A DNA stretch of 64,000 bases, taken from NCBI GenBank assembly GCA_036229005.1, contig JAZAMN010000071.1, positions 64,001 through 128,000 of the forward strand, written 5' to 3'. The stretch's first letter is position 1, and each line of letters starts with the position of its first letter. This stretch comes from Myxococcota bacterium (GTDB lineage: Bacteria; Myxococcota_A; UBA796; CAJQPC01). A program made the position numbers and the translations under genes. The notes under the pieces were generated by a model. It was not told where the DNA came from, ran no database searches, and saw only the letters and a program-made list of their open reading frames with translations. Shown one piece after another: positions 28,957 through 37,562 of this stretch.

Positions 28957-29017
28957 GGCGGCCCCGGCGCCTGTCTCTGCTACTGTCGAGGGGACTCTTT
29001 GGCCCTTGGGGGGGCAC

Positions 29018-30001
29018 ATGGCACAACAACAGGACCGCAAGGGCACCCACACACCCGCGACACCGTCGCCCGCCAGCGAGGACACGCTGGTGCAGGCCGG
29101 GCTGGATCCCGCCCTGGCGGCGGCCTTGTTGCAGCAGAACCCGCTGGCCGTCCAAGCGGTCGCAGGGCTGGTGGACAACAGCCTCATCGCGGAATCGCTC
29201 GGCCTGAATCGGGATCAAGCTCCCGATGCGGCCACCAATCAATCGACCCCCTCGCCGTCCAGTGACGGCGAGATCGCAGGCGAGCAAGAAACCGAGGAAA
29301 AAGACCCGGCCCAGGAGCGCCCAGGTCAGGGCTCCGGAGAGCATGGGCGCCTGGACCCGACGGCGGCGGACTACGCCAACAAGCAATTCTGGCGCTACGT
29401 GGCCAACCACGCGTTCGCGATGGGACTGCCAAACGCCTCCGCGCACATGCATCACTACCTGGACAATACGGGCGCAGAGAAGGAGGTGGATCTGGATGCG
29501 ATCGAGCGGTGGGTGCCCCTCTTTCGCGAGAACCTGGCCAAGATTGAAAGCGAGGTGCTCATCAACGCGTTCTGGAACATCGCTGACTACGATGGATCAA
29601 GGCAGGTTCATTGGAGCATTTCGAGCTGGAAATCCGGCAAGGACTCCTACATCGACTTGGCTGACTCACCGGATTGGTTCTTCGCGATGGGTGGGAACAG
29701 TCATGGTCTTGAAGCCACAGCCTTCTTCACTCCCTACGTCGGAGCTTCTCCTGCGGGCCTACTCGAAATCGAGGGCCGATGGCACTTGGAGGATGTCTAC
29801 GACTGGGACGCTGGGAAGAGCACCGAGATCCTTGGGGTCGAGGTCAATGACGAGACTCTTGGCAGGTTGCATGAGGTGGGCTTGGCCAAGGAGTTCGCGA
29901 TCTGGGGAAGCCGCCCTTTCTCCGTCGCTATGGAGACCTCCGACAATCAACGCCAGTCCATGCTGCAGCTCCGAACCAGACTGGACAGTGAGGAGGGTTG
30001 A
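29018..30001 (+). CDS. Putative polymorphic toxin/effector
   Basis: Disordered N-terminus; lower-GC C-terminal domain with HMHHYLDNTG, DWFFAMGG, EDVYDWD and LHEVGLAKEF; flanked by paralog family A genes. Confidence 0.6.
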   Translation: MAQQQDRKGTHTPATPSPASEDTLVQAGLDPALAAALLQQNPLAVQAVAGLVDNSLIAESLGLNRDQAPDAATNQSTPSPSSDGEIAGEQETEEKDPAQERPGQGSGEHGRLDPTAADYANKQFWRYVANHAFAMGLPNASAHMHHYLDNTGAEKEVDLDAIERWVPLFRENLAKIESEVLINAFWNIADYDGSRQVHWSISSWKSGKDSYIDLADSPDWFFAMGGNSHGLEATAFFTPYVGASPAGLLEIEGRWHLEDVYDWDAGKSTEILGVEVNDETLGRLHEVGLAKEFAIWGSRPFSVAMETSDNQRQSMLQLRTRLDSEEG

Positions 30002-30063
30002 ATGACTTCCAACATCGTGCCCATTTCTGCCATCCGCTGCATCCAAGAGCCAGCGAGGACTCC

Positions 30064-30492
30064 ATGATCTCCCTCCTCGGTCTCCTGGGTCTCCTCCTGG
30101 TTGGAGGCTTCATCGCAAGCCAGGTCCGCTGCGCCGGGCCCTTCCCCCGCGACGACGCCCACGCCTTCGAGATCGCCCACACCACGCTCCCAGCCGACGC
30201 GACGCAGATCCAGTACGAAGGCTCCCAGGGGATCGACTGGCTGCTCCTGTTGGAGTTCCAGCAGCCCAGCATGGAGCGAAGCCGGGCGTGGGTTGAGGCT
30301 GAACTGGGCTGCTCCCCCGACGCGGTGGATCTCCGCTTTGGAGACGGCGGGGGCTCTCCGGAGTGGTGGGGAGACCCGCGGCCAGGAGGGATTGGCTGCA
30401 CGGTCCGCGAGCCGCCTGGCTTCGATCTCAAAGTCCGTATCGACGCCCTGGAGAGTGGACGGTCCCGCGTTCAGATCTCCGTGGTCGACTGA
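30064..30492 (+). CDS. Paralog family A copy 2 (candidate cognate immunity protein)
   Basis: GAGGA RBS; N-terminal hydrophobic helix; ~70 bp nearly identical to copy 1 (30131 vs 28592). Confidence 0.75.
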   Translation: MISLLGLLGLLLVGGFIASQVRCAGPFPRDDAHAFEIAHTTLPADATQIQYEGSQGIDWLLLLEFQQPSMERSRAWVEAELGCSPDAVDLRFGDGGGSPEWWGDPRPGGIGCTVREPPGFDLKVRIDALESGRSRVQISVVD

Positions 30493-30565
30493 CTGCGAGC
30501 CTGTCCTCGCTGGCGGGCTCAGGTGCAAGGATGGCCGAGGGCCAAGGGGTGGCAAGGTGAACCGC

Positions 30566-31009
30566 ATGATCCGCTGCGTACTGGCCACCGGCGCGCTCCT
30601 GGCGCTGGCCTGCGGCCCCTACCCCTCCTACGTCTCCTGTGGAGACCCCTACGACACCCAACAGGAGGCCTTCGCGTTTCTTGGCGTCCAGCAACCGCCC
30701 AGCATCCGCGAAGCCCAGTGGGAGGTGGACAGCCGCTCTCAGGACCCCACCCTGGCGATGGGGTTCCTGCTGGACAGCCCAGAGCAGGCCCAAGAATGGG
30801 TCCGCGCCGAGCTGGGCTGCGAGCCGCTCGCGGAGCTGGCGCACAGCGCCTCACCGACCGTCCGCGGGGTGGACTGGTGGGTCCCGGCTGCCCCCGAAGG
30901 GTCCACAGGCTGCAGCTTCGGCGACCCCCAAGCCCTGGGCGGCAGCGTCCGCGTAGACCCGCTCCCCAGCGGCGAGGCCCGGGTCCAGATCCGCGCGATG
31001 TGGCGATAG
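30566..31009 (+). CDS. Paralog family A copy 3 lipoprotein
   Basis: LALAC lipobox; WVRAELGCEP, WWVPAAP and VRVDPLPSGEARVQI. Confidence 0.7.
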   Translation: MIRCVLATGALLALACGPYPSYVSCGDPYDTQQEAFAFLGVQQPPSIREAQWEVDSRSQDPTLAMGFLLDSPEQAQEWVRAELGCEPLAELAHSASPTVRGVDWWVPAAPEGSTGCSFGDPQALGGSVRVDPLPSGEARVQIRAMWR

Positions 31010-31025
31010 CGGCCCCTCGCCGGCG

Positions 31026-31424
31026 CTAGGACGCCCTCGCAAAGGGGGCCCGATCCGGCGGCAGGATCGCCTCCCGCGCCTGTCGGGTGTCCAGCAGCTC
31101 CGGGCTGTAGTGACGATGGACCTGCCCCAGGAAGTCCTGCACGAGCTCGGGGTTGTCCGCCAGGAAGGCGTCGAAGTCCTGGCCCGGCTCCATCCCCGCG
31201 TACACCCGGTCCACGCCAGCGGCCGTGAGGCTGTGGTGGAACATCTCCGGCAGCCCCGCCGCGCAGGTGTAGCCGCGCAGCAGAGAACAGCACTCGGCGA
31301 GCGCGCCATCGTAGCCATGCCGCCGAAGCAGCAGCCAGGTCAGGCGCAGGTGGCTGCGGTGGCTGAAGTCCACCAGGGGGAGGGTGGCGTCGCGCAGGCT
31401 CTGGAGGAAGGTGTCGTCGTCCAT
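31026..31424 (-). CDS. Conserved hypothetical protein
   Basis: F.HRSHLRLTW, FHHSLT and HYSPELL..AR....PD pattern; TAGGAT box 7 nt before the ATG. Confidence 0.7.
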   Translation of the reverse strand: MDDDTFLQSLRDATLPLVDFSHRSHLRLTWLLLRRHGYDGALAECCSLLRGYTCAAGLPEMFHHSLTAAGVDRVYAGMEPGQDFDAFLADNPELVQDFLGQVHRHYSPELLDTRQAREAILPPDRAPFARAS

Positions 31425-31574
31425 CCCCGCCATCCTATCCAAGCGCAGCGCCACCCGAAGGGTGGTCCAGGTCAGGTTCAGGTGTCGGTCGCGCTGCTGG
31501 TGTCCTCGCTGGCGGGCGCAGGTGCAAGGATGGAGGAGGGCCCCGCGTTCAGAAGGTGGACCCAAGGAGCTCTC

Positions 31575-32009
31575 GTGAAGTCCAGCCTCCTCTCCTCAAC
31601 CCTCCTGGCTCTGGCTTGCGGCGGGCCTCTGGTGACCTTCCCCGCAGACGAGGACAGCGCGTTCAAGGACGCGCGGGTGCCCAAGCCGGCGCAGGCGCAG
31701 GAGATCCACTACGCGGGGGAGGCGGGCCTTGACCACGCCATCGACCTGCAGTTCCTGATGCCCGACCGGGCGGGTCTGGAGGGCTGGCTGGCCGAGATCG
31801 ACTGCGTCCCCACCGCCCTGGAGTCCGGGGACAACGCGCCATTCTCGGATCGCACCTTCCCCGAGGCGAAGGACTGGTGGGTGCCTGCAGCGCCGGCCGA
31901 CGCGCAGGTCTGCCCGCACCTGGAGGCCCCCGGCTACGTGCGCGATGTGCGCCTGGATCCGCTGCCCGGCGGGGTGTGGCGGGTGCAGGTCTCGATGTTC
32001 ACCCTCTGA
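31575..32009 (+). CDS. Paralog family A copy 4 lipoprotein
   Basis: AAGGAG RBS, LALAC lipobox; YAGEAGLD, WLAEIDCVP, WWVPAAP and VRLDPLPGG..RVQVS. Confidence 0.72.
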   Translation: MKSSLLSSTLLALACGGPLVTFPADEDSAFKDARVPKPAQAQEIHYAGEAGLDHAIDLQFLMPDRAGLEGWLAEIDCVPTALESGDNAPFSDRTFPEAKDWWVPAAPADAQVCPHLEAPGYVRDVRLDPLPGGVWRVQVSMFTL

Positions 32010-32084
32010 ACAGGGGCTGACCGGGCCACGGCGCGGGCGCGGGGATGCAGGGCTGGTGGGCCGGACGGGGTTACCCTGCCCCGG

Positions 32085-33539
32085 ATGATTGCCACCCTCC
32101 GCGAGCGCCCCTGGGCCCTGGCCGCCGTGCTGCTGGCCGAGGCAGGCCTGCTGGTGGGCATGCTGGTGGACCCGCGGCTGCCCGCGGCGCTGGTGTTCGC
32201 CGTGCTGGCCGTGCTCGTGGTGCTCTCCCGGCCCATCTGGGGCGTGGGCGTGCTGATCGCCAGCCGCATCATCTCCACCAACGCCCTGACCATCGTGCGC
32301 GCGGGCTCCTTTGGCCTGGGGCTCTTCGAGGTCGTCGCGCTGCTCTGCCTGATCGCCCTGGCCTGGCAGGCCATGCGCAAGAAGGTGGAGATCTTCCAGG
32401 ACTGGCCCTGGCGCATCCCGCTTCTGGCCTTCTTGGGCTTTGGGCTGATCTCCCTGAGCTGGTCGGTCAAGCCCGGCGAGGGCATGGGCGATCTGGTCCC
32501 CATCCTGCCCATCCTGCTGAACACGACGCTGGTGCTGGCCTTCACCAAGAGCTGGCAGGACTTCCGCACCCTGGCGTGGTTCTGGCTGGGGGCCACCGTC
32601 ACGGTGTGCCTGATGACCGTGGCCGCGGGCGCCCTGGGCATCGAGGTCGGCTCGGTCAGCTTCCAGGCGGCGGCGGGCGGAAACCGCGAGACCGGCCTGG
32701 GGCAGCAGCCCAACTGGTTCGCGATGACCCTGTTCTTCTGCGTGCCGCTCTCCGGCGCGATGGCCATGGCCGAGCCCACCCGCAAGCTGCGCCTGCTGGC
32801 CCTGGCGCTGGGGATCTTCGTGGCGGGGATCATGCTGTCTTCGGGCTCGCGCGGCGGCGCCTTCGCGACCCTGATCGGCGCGGGCCTGATGTCGCTGGCC
32901 AACCCCCGCATCCGCCGCATCGTGGTGCGCGTGGCCTTCCCCCTGGCCCTGCTGCTGGGCATCGCGGTGCTGCTGGACATCGGCGGACTGCAGCGGCCCC
33001 TGGAGCGCATCGGCGGCGGCGGCCTGGTGATCCAGCAGGACTACCGGCCCTGGAACTGGTCGGCGTGCTGGGGCATGTTCCGGGACACCTGGGGCCGGGG
33101 CATCGGCGCGGGCGGCTACAGCACCCTGCTGCCCGACTACAACTACCGGGTCTCGACCACCCAGTACGACTACCCCCACGGCGTGTTCTGGCAGATCCTG
33201 GCGCACTTTGGCGTGGTGGGCCTGGGGCTGTTCGGCTGGATGGTGCAGCGGGTGTTCACGACCGCCCGCGCGGCCTTCCAGCAGGCCAAGGGCACCGCCG
33301 CCGAGCCCTACGTCTGGGCCATGCCCACGGCGATGGTGGGCTACGCGGCCTGGACCTTCGTGGAGTTCGAGTACGCCGAGAAGCCCTTCTGGGAGTTCCT
33401 GGCGCTGTTCACCGCCCTGGCGCTGCTGCTTCAGCGCGGGGTGTCGGTGCCATCCTGGTCGCTGGGGGACTCCACCGCCGGCGAGGGCGGCTCCAAGGCC
33501 TCCAAGACCGCCGGGAGCAGCGCGTCCGCCAAGAGCTGA
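32085..33539 (+). CDS. O-antigen ligase/Wzy-like membrane protein
   Basis: ~12 TM segments; QPNWFA, SGSRGG, GIGAGGY and PHGVFWQILAHFGVVG motifs. Confidence 0.85.
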   Translation: MIATLRERPWALAAVLLAEAGLLVGMLVDPRLPAALVFAVLAVLVVLSRPIWGVGVLIASRIISTNALTIVRAGSFGLGLFEVVALLCLIALAWQAMRKKVEIFQDWPWRIPLLAFLGFGLISLSWSVKPGEGMGDLVPILPILLNTTLVLAFTKSWQDFRTLAWFWLGATVTVCLMTVAAGALGIEVGSVSFQAAAGGNRETGLGQQPNWFAMTLFFCVPLSGAMAMAEPTRKLRLLALALGIFVAGIMLSSGSRGGAFATLIGAGLMSLANPRIRRIVVRVAFPLALLLGIAVLLDIGGLQRPLERIGGGGLVIQQDYRPWNWSACWGMFRDTWGRGIGAGGYSTLLPDYNYRVSTTQYDYPHGVFWQILAHFGVVGLGLFGWMVQRVFTTARAAFQQAKGTAAEPYVWAMPTAMVGYAAWTFVEFEYAEKPFWEFLALFTALALLLQRGVSVPSWSLGDSTAGEGGSKASKTAGSSASAKS

Positions 33540-34444
33540 TGGCCCTCCGCCGTGGGGTGCACGTTGTCCATGAAGCGCCCTTCGGTCCCGGCCCAGAGGG
33601 AGACGATGTCGACCACCGGCACACCGTGGTCCACCGCATAGGACTGGAACTGCTCCTGATAGGGAGACAGCTCGGTCTGCCCCGTCGAGGACAACAGCAG
33701 GAAGACCACCGGGCGCTCGCCGGCGGCGCTCAGGAAGTCCTCCATGGCCTGCCGCTGGTGGGCCAGGTTGGTGTCGTGGAACTCGCCGCGGGTGCCCCAG
33801 TCGCCGCCCACCATGCGGTCCTTGGAGCGGTAGTAGACGGCCTCGCGCAGCACGGTCTCGATGACGAAGTTGTAGAGCGCAAATCGGCGCAGAAGGTTCT
33901 TTCTACGAACGTTCTTGCGCAGGCCGTCGCGCTCGGCCTCCGTGCCGTTGACCAGGCGCTCCATGCGGTTGTTGAAGCTGTAGGCGAGCACCCAGAGCGC
34001 GCTGCTGTTGACCTCGCTCTCGGACTCAGCCAGCAAGGCTGCCCGGCGGGCGCAGAGGGTCAGGGGGTAGGCGTTCACGCCCGCGGAATCCACGGCCCAC
34101 TCCTCCCCCGTCTGCTCCCGGAGGCCGGCCTCCAAGCGGGCGCTGTAGGTCTCCGCGTCGCCGACCCCCCAGCCCATGGTGACGCTGTCACCAAAGGTCA
34201 CAACCCGCTTTTCGGCCATGGGGTGGGCGCTGGGGCGCAGGCCGCGGTCGTCGATGGTGATGGGGTGCAGGCCGGCGACGGTGCGGCCCTGCTGGTCGGG
34301 CGTGGGCTGCCAGATCAGCTCCGGGTGGGGCTCGAAGAGGACGAACTGGCCAAAGCCGACCAGGCGCAGGCCCAGCTCCATCAGCAGGCCGAAGAAGGCC
34401 AGGACGACGCCGGTGAACGCGAGCTTCTTGAGGGTGGGGTGCAC
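33431..34444 (-). CDS. SGNH/GDSL hydrolase family membrane-anchored protein
   Basis: N-terminal TM (MELGLRL); FGDSVTMG, SAGVNAY and DNVHPTAEGH blocks. Confidence 0.85.
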   Translation of the reverse strand: MHPTLKKLAFTGVVLAFFGLLMELGLRLVGFGQFVLFEPHPELIWQPTPDQQGRTVAGLHPITIDDRGLRPSAHPMAEKRVVTFGDSVTMGWGVGDAETYSARLEAGLREQTGEEWAVDSAGVNAYPLTLCARRAALLAESESEVNSSALWVLAYSFNNRMERLVNGTEAERDGLRKNVRRKNLLRRFALYNFVIETVLREAVYYRSKDRMVGGDWGTRGEFHDTNLAHQRQAMEDFLSAAGERPVVFLLLSSTGQTELSPYQEQFQSYAVDHGVPVVDIVSLWAGTEGRFMDNVHPTAEGHQLLADALLPAVLEALEPPSPAVESPSDQDGTDTPR

Positions 34445-34513
34445 AAGCCTTGCTAACCCGGGGTGGATGGGGCGCGTCGATTGTGGTGTCGTGCCCACCT
34501 GCGAGGAGCTGCT

Positions 34514-35386
34514 GTGCTGTCCCTGTTGCTGGCCTGTGTGCCCAAGACCCCCGAGATCCCCGCCCCCACCCCCGAGCAGGCCGCCTCGGCGCCCGAGGTC
34601 GTGGAGCCGGCCCTGCCGCCGGGCTGTGAGCGCATCCCCTCGGAGTACCTGGGGCAGGGCGACACCACCTGGGAGAGCCCCAGCCTGGGCACCGGGACGC
34701 TGAGCGAGCACCAGCTGGACGCCGACCCTGAGCCGGAGGCCGTCTTCTTCCAGCGGGGCACCTGCGGGACCTCGGGCATGTGCGAGTTCGCGGTGCTGGA
34801 CGGCTGCGGCGACGACGCCTGGCGGCAGGTCGGGAGCTTCGGCGCGATGGAGTGGTCGGTGCTCGACGAGCGCAGCGCGGGGTGGAAGGAGCTGGAGACC
34901 GAGCACCACTGGCTCAACCAGGAGACCGGAGAGGTGCAGCAGTCCTTTAGGCGGCTGGTCTTTGACGGCGAGGGCTACCGGAACATCGCGCCCCCCGACC
35001 TGACGGCCAGCGACGCGGAGGGTCAGGTCGTGGCGCGCTCCATGCCGCTGCGCGGTGACGAGGAGGCGGCCTGCCCCAAGCGGCGCGTCGACGTCCGTGG
35101 CCAGGATGGCGACTGGACGAAGGTGGTCGAGGACTACGTGCACCCCCACTTTGCGGTCAGCCCCAGCGGTCAGGTCGGCGCGATGCTGACCTGCGCCGAG
35201 CACCTGGAGGGCGTGCTGGTGGGCGGCCAGGTGCTCAAGGCCAGCGACCCCGAGTACGCCGAGACGGTGGCCTGGGTGGAGGCCGACGGCCAGTGGGTGC
35301 TGGAGGTCAGCGGGCAGGGTGGCGACGGCAAGACCCACACCCTGCGGGCAGAGCCCCAGGGCGAGGGTTGGGGCCTGGCGGAGTAA
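34514..35386 (+). CDS. Hypothetical lipoprotein
   Basis: GAGGAG RBS, LLLAC lipobox, Cys-containing CGTSGMC motif. Confidence 0.7.
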   Translation: MLSLLLACVPKTPEIPAPTPEQAASAPEVVEPALPPGCERIPSEYLGQGDTTWESPSLGTGTLSEHQLDADPEPEAVFFQRGTCGTSGMCEFAVLDGCGDDAWRQVGSFGAMEWSVLDERSAGWKELETEHHWLNQETGEVQQSFRRLVFDGEGYRNIAPPDLTASDAEGQVVARSMPLRGDEEAACPKRRVDVRGQDGDWTKVVEDYVHPHFAVSPSGQVGAMLTCAEHLEGVLVGGQVLKASDPEYAETVAWVEADGQWVLEVSGQGGDGKTHTLRAEPQGEGWGLAE

Positions 35387-35430
35387 CGCCAGAGACAGGA
35401 CTCGCGGGTCAGTGGCCCCTGCTCAGTTGG

Positions 35431-36897
35431 CTACTCGGTGACCTCGGTGTCCGCCGTGCAGGCCGGGTTGGGGGTCCCCAGGGGCTTGGGGTTGCCCGTG
35501 TCCGTCCAGCCAAAGGTCTGGCAGATGATGAAGTCGGTGCCCGCCGGGTTGATGGCCCAGACCTCGATGTTGGAGTCGGCCTCTTCCGTGTCGGGGTCGA
35601 AGTCCAGGGCGCCAGAGGCCCCCACCACGTCGAAGCTCTGGCCCGTGCTCAGGTTGACCTTGGCGGTCTCCCAGGTGCTGGGGCGGATCTCCACCGCGTC
35701 GCCCGAGCTGAGCTGCCTCAGGCCCGCTGCGGCCGCCGCCCCGGTGCTCTCGTCCCCGTTGGCCAGAGCCCAGGTGGTCCCGTAGATGCCCAGCCAGGCG
35801 GCGTCGTAGGCGTAGGCGGTGAACACCGAGTCGTCGACGTTGGACTCGAAGGTCGAGTTGTAGGCCGACTTGAAGGACTCGAACACCGCCCCCGAGGGCA
35901 CCTGCGGCCGGGTCCCGCGCACGCGGTCCAGGATGGCCTTGACCTCGGGCTTGGCCTGGGAGAAGAGCTGCTGGTCGGAGGCCCCGTCGGCCAGGAAGAT
36001 CTCCCGGTCGCCCAGGTTGTCCGCGAAGGCCATGGCCTCCAAAAAGACGATGATCTCCGAGATGTCCGAGCTCAAGAAGAGCAGCTCTTCGATCTCGGGG
36101 TCGGCCAGGGCGTCCACGACGGCCTCGGTCAGGCCGGTGGTCGTGGTGAAGGGCAGCTCCACCGCGGCGCCGGTGTAGGTCGCCAGGGTGACCTCCTTGA
36201 GGGAGGCGCCGTAGCTGTCGTCCGCGTAGATCACGCCCACCTTGCTCAGGCCGCGGCCGTTCAGGTCCAGGCCGATGATGCGGCCCTGGAACACGTCGCT
36301 GGGGGCGGTGCGCCAGACGGTGCCGGGGCTCTCATCGCTCTTGTCGGTGCCGTCCAGGTCCGTCAAGGCGGGGCTGGTGGCGTTGGAGCTGATGATCAGC
36401 GGCTTGTCGTCCTGGGTGGCCTTGTAGACGGCCTCGACCTTGGAGGAGCTTGCCGGGCCCAGGATCACGCGGACCCCCAGCTCGGAGATCATCCACTCGG
36501 CCATCGCCACGGCGGCCTCGTCGCTGGTCATGCCGTCGCCGTAGTCATCGCTCTCCTGGTAGTCGCAGGAGATGAGCCCAAAGGGTCGGTCCGCGTCCAG
36601 GCCCCCCGACTCGTTGACCTGCATGAAGGGGAGCTGCACGGCGGCGAGCTCGGCCTGGTCGCTCTCGTGGTCGTACAGAGAGCCCAGCAGCACGACCTCC
36701 GAGTAGTCCCCGGGTCGGGCGAACAGGTCCGAGGGCACGGTGGTCTTGCAGCGCTCGGGGGGCTCGACCACCGCGCAGTAGCCCTCCTCCCCGCAGGTGT
36801 GCCCAAAGCCAAAGGCCGCGCGGCACTCCACCGGCTCGGTGCACTCCTGGAAGTCGTAGCGGGTCAGCGAGCAGCCCATGGTCAGCAGCAGCAGCAT
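35431..36897 (-). CDS. Periplasmic-binding-protein type 1 (branched-chain amino acid-like) lipoprotein with Cys-rich N-terminus
   Basis: ILGPASS, WRTAPSDVFQG, DDSYG, AYAYDAA and GASGALDFD motifs. Confidence 0.85.
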   Translation of the reverse strand: MLLLLTMGCSLTRYDFQECTEPVECRAAFGFGHTCGEEGYCAVVEPPERCKTTVPSDLFARPGDYSEVVLLGSLYDHESDQAELAAVQLPFMQVNESGGLDADRPFGLISCDYQESDDYGDGMTSDEAAVAMAEWMISELGVRVILGPASSSKVEAVYKATQDDKPLIISSNATSPALTDLDGTDKSDESPGTVWRTAPSDVFQGRIIGLDLNGRGLSKVGVIYADDSYGASLKEVTLATYTGAAVELPFTTTTGLTEAVVDALADPEIEELLFLSSDISEIIVFLEAMAFADNLGDREIFLADGASDQQLFSQAKPEVKAILDRVRGTRPQVPSGAVFESFKSAYNSTFESNVDDSVFTAYAYDAAWLGIYGTTWALANGDESTGAAAAAGLRQLSSGDAVEIRPSTWETAKVNLSTGQSFDVVGASGALDFDPDTEEADSNIEVWAINPAGTDFIICQTFGWTDTGNPKPLGTPNPACTADTEVTE

Positions 36898-37562
36898 CAG
36901 AAGCTCCCCTCCAGCAGCAGGCCACCGGCCGTGGGGCTGAGCACCACGCTGCCGTCATCCACCAGCACCAGCGCGACGCCGCTGCCGGCCAGGACGATGC
37001 CACCGGCCATCGCGATATCGGCGATCATCGCCTGCTTTCGGTTGCTCTCCACGTCCACCTGGTTGCGCTCCAGGCACAGGCCGTCCACACAGGACTCGGA
37101 CAGGGTCGCCCCCGCCTGTCGGGACATGACGCCAAAGGTCGCCCCCGTCGCGATGGCCGCCGTGCCCGCGCCCACCAGCAGCCAGCCCGGGTCGAAGGAC
37201 AGACCGCCCCCGCCCCCGCCGCCGTGGTCGGAGGGCGACTCCGTGCCCTCGGGCAGCTTGGCCTCGAGCTGGGAGATGCGCCGCTCGATGATGCCGCGCT
37301 CGGACTCCGGGGCGTAGCGCCAGTATTCGTCCAGCGCCGCGATCGCCTCGGGGTAGCGCCCCAGCTTCTCGTAGGCCGCCGCCATGTTGTAGAGGATCAG
37401 CGGCCGCTCGCTCAGGTCGTAGGCAGCCTGCCAGTAGGTCAAGGCCTGCTCGTACTCCTGGTCGGCGTAGGCGGCCTCACCCTTGGCGTAGAGCTCCTTG
37501 GCCTCTTCGTCGCTGCTCTCCTGGGCCACCGCGGGGGCGACCAGAGCCAGGGACCAGATCAT
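36897..37562 (-). CDS. TPR-containing exported protein
   Basis: TPR helices (AYDLSERPLILYNMAAAYEKLG); C-terminal hydrophobic tail ending in GSF. Confidence 0.85.
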   Translation of the reverse strand: MIWSLALVAPAVAQESSDEEAKELYAKGEAAYADQEYEQALTYWQAAYDLSERPLILYNMAAAYEKLGRYPEAIAALDEYWRYAPESERGIIERRISQLEAKLPEGTESPSDHGGGGGGGLSFDPGWLLVGAGTAAIATGATFGVMSRQAGATLSESCVDGLCLERNQVDVESNRKQAMIADIAMAGGIVLAGSGVALVLVDDGSVVLSPTAGGLLLEGSF

